From: Myxococcota bacterium
GTDB taxonomy: Bacteria; Myxococcota_A; SURF-8; G963663525
Assembly: GCA_963676915.2 (NCBI GenBank)
Contig: CAXXVK010000010.1
Coordinates: 1-64,000 of the forward strand
Direction of reading: 5' to 3'
Length of the DNA stretch: 64,000 nt
Part shown: positions 22,009-31,500 of the stretch, piece by piece
How positions within the stretch are numbered: the stretch's first letter is position 1
How the letters are laid out: each line of letters begins with the position of its first letter
Made by a program: the position numbers and the translations under genes
The notes under the pieces: model-generated
Told to the model about the DNA's origin: nothing
What the model saw: the letters and a program-made list of their open reading frames with translations, nothing else
Databases searched by the model: none

Positions 22009-22128
22009 AGCGAGACTCGCAGGGTTTCGAACGTTCGAAATCCCAGTGATTTTAGAGAGTTGGGTTCGTTCCGGTGTTTGGATCGAACCCGCAAGGAATC
22101 TCCCAACCAGGAAAGGAAGGCTGTATCC

Positions 22129-23565
22129 ATGATTACTTTTTCGGAGCGCCAGTTGGCCACCCCGAAGCAAATGCGCCCGGTGTACATCGTTGCCGGCGGC
22201 ATGAGCGATTTTCGCAAGCAGTATTGGGGCCGCAAAACCGAGGAATTGTGTATCGAGGCATTTCGTCAGATGGCCTTGGACAACAACCTCAAAGTGGATG
22301 GAATCCGCGAACTCAAAAGCTACATTCATAGTTGCTATTACGGACATTTCGCCGATCACTTCGGCGATCAGCTTTTGGGCGAGGCCGTGATTCACGACCG
22401 CCTGGGCCTGGACCCGCTTGGCAACATCGGCGTCAAAACCGGTGGTGCAACCGGTGGTTCCACCCTCTGGATGGCCGCCAACGCCGTGGCGTCCGGCTAT
22501 TCGGATTGCGCTCTGGCGCTGGGCTGGGAACGCATGGACGAGGTGGATACCTGGGTTGGTAACCACTACATCTCCACCGCCGCCGACAAAGATTACGAAA
22601 CGGAGTTGGGGCACATCTATACCGGCTATTACGCCCTGATGGCGCAACGCTACTGGAAGATTTTCGGTAAAAGCGCACCTGAATTCCGCCGTACGATGTC
22701 GAAAATCGCCGTCAAAAACCGTGGATACGGCTATCACAATCCCTACGCTCAGGGTGGCAAAAAGCTTACGGTCGAAGAGGTGGAAAACTCCCCCATCGTC
22801 GCCGATCCCCTGCGCTTCTACGATTGCTGCCTGATGTCGGTCGGTTCTTCCTGCGCCCTGCTGTGCGACGAAGATACCGCCTACAAACTGAGCGACAACC
22901 CGATCAAGTTCGATATCACCGCCGGTTCTCATACCCTGCGTACCGCCGACCGCCGGGACATGGAAATTCCGCTGCTGCCCAACGAAACCCCCGAATTGTA
23001 CAAAGACCTCGGCGAGCGTTTCCCCGGTGGCGACCGCTACCCCGGATTCACCGGCTTCCTCGCGGCGCGGATGGCGTCCTATTACGCCTACCACATGACC
23101 GGCGTGACTGATCCGGTCGAAGACCTCGACGTGATCGAATTGCACGACGCCTTTACGATCTCCGATATTCAGACCTACGAAGACATCGGTTTGCGACCCT
23201 ATGGTCAGGGACCGGAATACGTCGAAAGCGGCGACTGCTACCTGCGTCACCCCGATACGGGCGAACCGGGACGGCTGCCTTCGAACCTCAGCGGCGGTCT
23301 GCTGGGTTGTATGCATTCGGTGGGAGCCACCGGAATCATGCAGGTGGTGGAACTCTTCTGGCAGTTGCGTAACGAATGGGCCAAGTTCCACGCAGATCCG
23401 AAAATCTGGGAGAAATGGGACAAAACCATTCCCGAAGATCAGGAAAACCTGCAGGTTCCCAACGCTCGACGCGGGCTGGCGATCAGCCACGCCGGTGTCG
23501 GCTCTCATGTGACGTGCAGCATTTTGCAGCACCCGGATCATCTGCTGAAACCCCTGAACCGCTAA
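22129..23565 (+). CDS. SCP-x-type thiolase-fold protein lacking the nucleophile Cys
   Basis: KTGGATGG at the (E/N)xACASG position; HNPYAQ, DCCLMSVG, ELHDAFT, NLSGGL, HSVGATG. Confidence 0.82.
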   Translation: MITFSERQLATPKQMRPVYIVAGGMSDFRKQYWGRKTEELCIEAFRQMALDNNLKVDGIRELKSYIHSCYYGHFADHFGDQLLGEAVIHDRLGLDPLGNIGVKTGGATGGSTLWMAANAVASGYSDCALALGWERMDEVDTWVGNHYISTAADKDYETELGHIYTGYYALMAQRYWKIFGKSAPEFRRTMSKIAVKNRGYGYHNPYAQGGKKLTVEEVENSPIVADPLRFYDCCLMSVGSSCALLCDEDTAYKLSDNPIKFDITAGSHTLRTADRRDMEIPLLPNETPELYKDLGERFPGGDRYPGFTGFLAARMASYYAYHMTGVTDPVEDLDVIELHDAFTISDIQTYEDIGLRPYGQGPEYVESGDCYLRHPDTGEPGRLPSNLSGGLLGCMHSVGATGIMQVVELFWQLRNEWAKFHADPKIWEKWDKTIPEDQENLQVPNARRGLAISHAGVGSHVTCSILQHPDHLLKPLNR

Positions 23566-23584
23566 GCAGGCAAGGAGATTAACG

Positions 23585-24085
23585 ATGAGAACCTACGATT
23601 TCAATAACTTGCATCCCGACGCCACGATCGTCCGTCAACTGGACCCCATCGTCGTCGAAAAACCGCGCAATCCCGTTCACATTCACACTTACGGTGGTGA
23701 GACGCGCTTTTTCAAGGCACTGACCGAAGGTCGTCTGCTGGCCACCAAAGCCGATCCCAACGGGGACAGCGCGGGCACGTTCTTCCTGCCTCCGCGTGTG
23801 TACGACCCGGATACGCTGGAGTTGGCCGAGTGGATCGATGTGACCGACATCGCTATGGAAAAGGCGAAAATTCACACCCACATTACCGTGCATCATCCGG
23901 GCGCGTTCAACCGGGTGCCGTTCCCCTGCCACCTGATCAGCGTCGAGATCGAGGGTTGCTCCACGATCATGATGAGCTACCTCCTCGACGGTGAGCCGGA
24001 AATCGGACTACCTATCGAACCGCGATTCAACACCACGAATCCCACGTACTCGATTCTCGATTTGCACTGGGTGCCGAAGAAATAA
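23585..24085 (+). CDS. DUF35-type OB-fold partner protein with degenerate Zn ribbon
   Basis: YGGETRFFKALTEGRLLATK...PPRVYDPDT...IHTHITV...IGLPIEPRF; located directly after the thiolase-like gene. Confidence 0.75.
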   Translation: MRTYDFNNLHPDATIVRQLDPIVVEKPRNPVHIHTYGGETRFFKALTEGRLLATKADPNGDSAGTFFLPPRVYDPDTLELAEWIDVTDIAMEKAKIHTHITVHHPGAFNRVPFPCHLISVEIEGCSTIMMSYLLDGEPEIGLPIEPRFNTTNPTYSILDLHWVPKK

Positions 24086-24097
24086 GTTTTCTACCTC

Positions 24098-24135
24098 GGA
24101 ACGGCGGATTTTTTCTGCCGCCGTTCCGTTTTTTT
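24098..24135 (+). terminator. Rho-independent terminator
   Basis: GGAACGGCGG...CCGCCGTTCC followed by GTTTTTTT. Confidence 0.7.
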
Positions 24136-24343
24136 CGATTTGTTTTTTCGTTTTTATGCGCAATCGGAAGCGTGAAGGTCCGAGTTTGAGTCTTTTATTA
24201 TAACCGAACACACGACAACCAAGGCGTCCCCGTTTTTCCTGCGAGTGTGACAGCGAGCCTACCGTTTGGGTACCCGGTTTGTGCGACAGCACGAAACGAA
24301 CAAGCAAGAAGTGTTTTTTTCACGACTCAGCAGGAGGAAGACC

Positions 24344-25498
24344 ATGGATTTCAACCTGAACGAAGAACAGGAAATTTTGCGCCGGGAGGTTCGCTCGTTT
24401 GCCGAAGCCGAGATTGCTCCACATGCTTTGGAACTCAATGAAAAAGAAGAATTTTCCTACGAACTGACACAAAAAATGGCCGAGTTGGGTTTGTTCGGCA
24501 TGACGGTTTCCGAGCAATACGGCGGTGGCGGGTACGATTACCTGTCCTATGTCATCGCCGTCGAGGAGCTGGCCCGCGTGGACGGTTCCCAAGCTGCGAC
24601 CGTGGCGGCGGATAACTCGTTGGGGATCGGTCCTCTGTATTATTTCGGGAACGAGGAGCAGAAACAAAAATATCTGCCGGACCTGTGTTCCGGGAAAAAG
24701 CTCTGGGGGTTCGGTCTGACCGAACCCGGTGCGGGATCGGATGCCGGAGGTTCGAAAACGAAGGCTGAAAAGCTGGAAAACGGCAACTGGCGCATCAACG
24801 GACAGAAAATTTTCATTACCAACGCCGCCAACGAAATGACCGGCGGCGTGACCACGCAATGCGTGACGGGTAAGGACGAAAAAGGCCGTAAAGAATATAG
24901 CTGCTTCATTGTGGAAGCGGGAACCGAAGGCTTCAAGCCGGTGGCCATGCACAAAAAGCTGGTCTGGCGCGCCTCGAATACGGCGGAGTTGTATTTCGAC
25001 GATGTGGAAGTACCGGAAGAGAACATCCTCGGTAAAAAGGGCGATGGCTTCAAGCAGATGCTCCAGACGTTGGACAAAGGGCGGCTGTCCATCGCCGCCA
25101 TGGGATTGGGATGCGCCCAGGGAGCCTATGAGGCGGCGGTGAAATACTCCAAAGAACGTCACCAGTTCGGCAAGGCGCTATCCGATTTCCAGGTCACGCA
25201 ATTCAAGCTTGCCGATATGGCCGTGCAGATCGACGCCGCCCGTTCCCAGTTGTACAAAGCCTGTTGGTTGCACGATACCGGGCAGAACTTCGCCCCTTAC
25301 GCAGCCATGGCGAAACTGAATTGTTCCGAGGTGGCGCATTTTTGCGCGAATCATTGCGTCCAGATCCACGGTGGCTACGGCCTGATGGAAGAATATCCCG
25401 CTGCTCGCTTCTACCGGGATCAGAAACTGTTGGAAATCGGCGAGGGAACCAGTGAAGTGCAGCGCATCGTGATTTCCCGCTGGTTATTGAATCAGTAA
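24344..25498 (+). CDS. Acyl-CoA dehydrogenase
   Basis: AGGAGG RBS; FGLTEPGAGSD, NGQKIFITN, RHQFG, HGGYG, IGEGTSEVQR. Confidence 0.93.
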   Translation: MDFNLNEEQEILRREVRSFAEAEIAPHALELNEKEEFSYELTQKMAELGLFGMTVSEQYGGGGYDYLSYVIAVEELARVDGSQAATVAADNSLGIGPLYYFGNEEQKQKYLPDLCSGKKLWGFGLTEPGAGSDAGGSKTKAEKLENGNWRINGQKIFITNAANEMTGGVTTQCVTGKDEKGRKEYSCFIVEAGTEGFKPVAMHKKLVWRASNTAELYFDDVEVPEENILGKKGDGFKQMLQTLDKGRLSIAAMGLGCAQGAYEAAVKYSKERHQFGKALSDFQVTQFKLADMAVQIDAARSQLYKACWLHDTGQNFAPYAAMAKLNCSEVAHFCANHCVQIHGGYGLMEEYPAARFYRDQKLLEIGEGTSEVQRIVISRWLLNQ

Positions 25499-25527
25499 AG
25501 GGTAACGCACGACAAATTCCCGACACA

Positions 25528-25556
25528 AAAACGGGAGGGCAAAACCCTCCCGTTTC
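25528..25556. terminator. Bidirectional terminator between convergent genes
   Basis: AAACGGGAGGG-CAAAA-CCCTCCCGTTT. Confidence 0.75.
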
Positions 25557-25583
25557 GGAAAATACAATCTTACGTACAGCTAC

Positions 25584-28500
25584 TTACCGTCCCGTTCCCT
25601 CCAGTCGGAATCCGGCCCAGTAGGCGGGATGAGGCCAGTATCGCATCACGCGGAGTTGCGCATCGTGCAACGCCTGACCCGGAGATTCTCCCTTGGCAAT
25701 GTTGCGATGGAAGTTTTTCATCAACACGCCGGAAGAAAGATCGCTGATTCTCCAAAGACTCGAAACCACCGTACCGGCTCCGGCAGTGAGGAACGCCCGA
25801 TGCAAACCCAACAGATTCGCTCCGCCTTCGGGGTCACCCAAACCGGTTTCGCAGGCCGACAGAGTGACGATCCGTGCGTTGAGCTTCATCCCGAGGATAT
25901 CGAACCACGTCACGCGCTGGCTTTCGAAAGTCGGGAATAGCGCATCGTCCGGCTTTCCTCCGAATTGCAGGTAACTGAGCATCGGAGCCGTCTCGTCGTA
26001 TACGGCGTGAGTCGCCACGTGCAGCAGACCGGCTTTCCCCGCTTGATCGAGGAAATTCTCCCGGGAAGCGGCTGTTCCGGTGAACATTCGCTCTTGAGCG
26101 AACGTCTCTGCAAAACTCTCGGCTTCTTTACTTGTAAACGGCAACTCCGGCCATTGTTGCGCCAACTCGCGCCATTCCATGACTTTTCGGGCGTAATGCC
26201 GGGTCGTGGCAGGCGGCAGCGTATCGCGGCCCATGCCTTCCCACTGGAAAGCCATCGGCGACGACACCCCTTTGCCCGCCGACGAGAGGAAACGCAAATG
26301 ATTCACGCTGGGCAGATGAGCAATGCGGCTTCTCTCGGCAAGCCACGTGTTTTCATTACGAAGCGCAGCGAACGGCAGGAAATGCAACGGGCCATCGGGA
26401 ACAATCAGCACGTCCGCCCCGAAAGCATCCTTCACAGGCTCGACGAGCTGGGTAAACAACGCTTCGGCAACGTCTTCGACGGGAGAAAACGATGTCAATT
26501 TACCACGAAACGTTTTTACATTCCGTTCCAACTCACTCCGGGAAACCTTGACCTCGGCCACATCGAGAGCCTGCCCCTTCAGCACGAAAATCAGCAAGCG
26601 GTCATCAAGCAGACAATAACTAACTACAGCAACGGAAGACGGTAACAGGCTTTTCAGCTTCGAATAGGTCCAGGCATCGACCGACAGGTACGAAGGCAAC
26701 TCCACTCCCTGAGCCGCCAAAGAAGCCCGCTCGCTTTCCGTTCTTCGACGGGCTTCGTCGAGACGTTGTTTGAACCGATCGGTTTCGGCAACCGGACGAG
26801 TGGCGTAAGCAATCTCGGCTTCACGAAGTGCGGACAACGCTTGCCGATAGGCTTCGGCGGTCTTCCGCTGTTTTTCGAGAGGAAATTCCACGGCATCCGT
26901 ACCGAGCACTTTCAAAAATCCTCTGGCACGAAGACGTTCGGTCACGTCGAACGCCTCTTCGGTTTTCCCCTGATCTTTCAGAAGTCCCACCAGCGCGCCG
27001 TACACGTCGCGGTCTTGTCCGTGAAGTGGAGAAGCCACCGAGCGATGCAAAACGACGGGTTGTCGTTCGATAACATCCAGCGCAGCACGCCAATGTTCCT
27101 CGGCGCGTTTGTCATCTCTTCGCGCTTTTTCGGCTTTTCCCAAACCGTAGAGCGTTTCCCGATGCAATGCCGGGTAGGCCGCAAGAATGGGCGATTTTTC
27201 GGCTTTCTTGAGAAATTCGAGCGCTTTGGCATTCTTTCCCAATAACAAGTACAAACGGCCAAACGCTACATCGAGTTTGCATGCCAGAGTTTCGGATTTG
27301 AATGACTTGTTGACCTCTTGAGCGGCCTTCAGTGAAAGCAATGCCTCTTTAGGCCGATCATCGAGCACCAACGCTTCGGCGACATCCAAACGATTCTCGA
27401 TATTCAAGCGCCAGTCCCGGCGCAATTGCGTCGCGACGACGACCTTTCTAAAGGCTCCCAATGCCTCGATGGGACGACCGGCCGCCAGATGAACGCGCCC
27501 GATGGAATGCAAGACCTCGATCCGCTGTTTTTCGAGATTTTTCTCCAGCGCAAGTTTTCGTGCTTTTTCGAGACTTTGCAACGCTTGTCCGAACTTTTGC
27601 ATACGTGCCAGAACACGCCCTCGAAGCTCCAAAAACAGCACGTTTCGCGCAACATCCTCACCTACATGGGACAAGCTGCGCTCGATATCCACCAGGGCAT
27701 CGGCCCATTGGCCACGCCCGATTCGAGCCTCGATCCGGCGGATTTCGGTCTGTCGAGCCAGCGACCATGCACCGGCGGCTTCGGCAAGTTCCAGGCTTCG
27801 CCCGGCCTGCCGTTCGGCGGCGGAGGCATCACCCGTGGCGAGCAGCAAGGCGGCCTCGGCATCCTCTACGACGGCATACGCCAGAGCAACCGGACGCAAC
27901 GACTCCAACGACGCATCCACACCTTCGACTGTCTTTCTGAAACGGCGGGAACGAGAGCCGCCGTTTTCCTGGGCTTCCTGCTTCGCCAATTCTACTCGTT
28001 GCGCTTCGAGATCGAGATAGCCGGCGCGATCCAACGTCGGCAGGTTTTCTCGTGCGGATTCCAACAATGTTCGAGCGCGCACGCGGTCATCCAGCCCCTG
28101 TAACGCGACCAATGCCGCTTCGGCATACATTTCGGCGGCTTTGGCCTGGAATGCTTGGCTGTCCGCACCGTTTTTCGACTGCCGGGCGATCCACTGCCCT
28201 CCCTTCGAAAACGTTTGCACCGCCTGTTCGAATGCGCCGTTTTGCCGTTGCAGGTCTCCACGCAACGAGAACGTTTCCATCAACAACAACAGGTATTTAC
28301 GGCGATCATTGCGATTGGCAGCCTTCAGGCGTTCGTTGAGAGCCGTCTCGACCGCTTGGTTTTCACTCTCCGCCTGCTCGACCTGTCCCGCACGGGACAA
28401 CCAACGAGGCAGCTTCGTCCAGAGTTCTAGGGTTCGTTCATCCATCGGTTTCGGAGCGATATCCAGAAGCAATCGACCGACCCGAATGGCGTTTTCCCAA

Positions 28501-31500
28501 TCTGCGAGACGTTCGTACGACACTGCGAGAAGACGAAGAATTTCGAACTGCTGCCCGTCTTTGCCTCCCAACTGAGCCAGCGCAGCTTCGAAACTGGCTA
28601 CGGCGCAACGATGACATCCGCCCGCCTGCTCCCGTTTTCCTTCGGCACTAAGCTTTTCTGCGGTTTGCCCGAATGCGTTCTTGGCTCCGGGCACGATGCC
28701 TTCATAGCCGAAAAACCGAGGGAATTCGTAGCGATCCACACCGCTACCCGAATCATCTTTGAAGGGACCGGTAGTCACGAACCATTCGGATTCAGGAGGT
28801 TGGGTAAGGAAAAACGTTTCGGCAGCCGAACGATCGTCGAGCTTGTTTCCGAAATCCGCTAGCCACTCGGCCAGGTCGTTTTCGTAAAACGAAGAGATCG
28901 GCACAAGCACCACCGACGGTACACCCAGAGCGTGCACATAACGACCCAACATCAACAATCGGTTCCGGTCGCGGTCCGCCAAATCTACAGCAGCAGCCAC
29001 GACGAGGCGCGTCTTGAAACGCTCCCCCAGCAAGTGTGCAAAGTGGAGATCTTCCAAGCCCGGAACCACTCCTCCCAGGGTTAGCCCGATATTCGCCACC
29101 GTGCCGGGCTCCATATGCAGTGGATTGAGCCAGATTTGCGCCCCCGCCTGCTGCAACGTGAAAGCGGCGTTTTCTCCAGTGATCTCAGAGCGTCGAGCCA
29201 CCTTCCAGCCCGTCAACGACCCTTTAAGCGTTTCAACGGTATCCTCCGAGAACGTCTCCGGTTCTTCATCCCGATGAGAAGCCAGCAACAAGCGATTTGC
29301 ATCGTATACATTGCGGGCGCGGTAGGCATCGGCCAATTCCTGCGCACCGGTCAGGAATAGAAAACGCGCATCGGAAGGCGCTACAACACGCGCAAACGCT
29401 TCGGAGGAAATGTAAGGAGAAATTCTCGAAAGATCGAAGTACACCAGCGTTTTTCCACCCAATCGCTGCTGCAACTTTTCGAGCTTCAGGTTTGCAACAA
29501 ACGCTTCCACGTTGTCGCGTCCCAATGCAGCCAGTCTAGCGGCTTCGCGAAAATCGACTTTGGCTCGGGTCGGCAGGATCTTCAGATCGTCTCCCGCGTT
29601 TTTCAACACGAAAAACCACAACTCGTCTCCCGCTCGTACGGCGCTGATGATCGCACCGTCTTTCCCTAAAGCTTCCGAAATATCTTTTGTGGGAAACGCC
29701 TGCGGGCGCAGCAAGTCAAGTGCTTCGGGCGACTGCGTTTCGATCCGACGCCAGATTTCGTTCCAGACATCGGCGGAACGCGCTTTGTCCATAGCTGCAA
29801 CCGCCTGCTCATGCCGGGCCTCGAAACCGTCTTCAAGACTCTGATTAACCTGGGCGCGGCGGTAGTAATCCACCCATTGCCCTAGATAATCGAATGCCTG
29901 CTGCAACGGTGCGAACGGTGAACGGAAACCGAAAGCAGCCAGCTCGTCCGCCACCATTTTCCGGTCTTCCAACTCCGCCAACTCGAACATCCTACGGTAT
30001 CGTTTTTCGATCCGTGCAATTTCCCGCGCCCGACCGAAAAGCGCCTGACGAACGGTAGCGGATCGCTTAAGGTAGTTCTCACCCAAAAGACCGGGCCAGG
30101 TGTTTACGTATTCTTGGATGATTTGTTCCGACTTTTCGCCATCTTTCGTGCGCATGGCGATTTCCATGTCCACGATCCAGCACATCTCGCCCAAGTCGAG
30201 TTGCCTTGGCGGTTCGACGGTTTCTTCTCCTTCCGCTTCCGGCAGAGGTGGATGACACACCGCCTCGGCCTTCCGCAAGAATTCCATCCCTCGATCTTCC
30301 GTGATTTCACCGGGTTCGGAAAAATACGATGCCACTTCAGCGAGATTCACGAGTGCTTGCAGATGCCAGCGGAGTCGCGCCGTGTCCCCGAGTTCACGGA
30401 AATCCGGTTCGGGACGCACGATGCCTTCGATTTCGGGCGCGGTTCGTCGGGCGGCTTCGAGCAGCAATCCGACGGCATCCGAAAAACATCCTACCTGAAC
30501 CAACCATTGATCCAGCTTTCCCTGAAGAGTAAACGGAGAATCCGGGTCGGTCTGTGTCGCCAGAGAACGTCCGTAAGCCAACTCCAAAAGAGCCGCCGCA
30601 TTGAGGAATTTCAGCCGGGTTTCCTCGGAAGCGAACAGGTTGCCTCCCATCCGCCATTCGGTATCGTACCGCCAGCGAACCATCTGCCGAATCCGTAAAC
30701 TCTGGCGTTCCAGTTCCTCAGGCTCTACCCAGATTCCCCGGTGCAGATCCCGAAGCAACCGTTCGGCGGCGTTGGTCACATTGGCCGCCATAACGCCGAA
30801 ATCGTCGGGATTACCCTGGAACTCGTAGCCAGCGGGCATGGCGTCATCCCATTGCAACGCAACGGCTTCTTCATAGATGAAATCCACGAATTCCTCGAAA
30901 CGCTCTCGATGGCCGAGGTCGAGTTCATCCAATCCCAGGCGATTGGCCACGGTAAACACTTCGCGAACCGCATCGGGTTTGGAGGAATCATCCGCACGTT
31001 TCCAGTTATTTTCCCGGTTTTCCAGCTTCTGCCGTCCTTCCTCGACGGCGTACCAGGTCGCGTCGTTGCGCCGCAGAACCATTTCACGCATGGAAATCCG
31101 CACGTAATGTTCCCCTTCTTTGTTGAAACCGTTAGGTGCCAACGAAGAATTGGGGTTGAGCGCGATCCGGCTGACATCGGGAGACGGCGGAACACCATGC
31201 TCCTCGACATAGGCTTCCGCTTCGCGGATTTTTTCGATAGCCCTGTAATAATCGCCCTGCAAAATATAATTGTAGGCAATCGAGCGCGTCAGCGGTCCCA
31301 GCCAGTAGTTTTTCCCGGCATTGCGATAACTATCGATGGCCTGCTCGAAATAACTGGTCGAGGTGGCAAAGTCTCCGGCAGCATGATAAACGAGCGCCAT
31401 GCGAGCAATCAACTCGGCTTCCAAAGCCTTGTAAGCCATGGCTTTCAAAGAAGTTTCTTCGGTGATGCGCCTTCGTGCAATGGATAGCGCCCGCTCGTAA

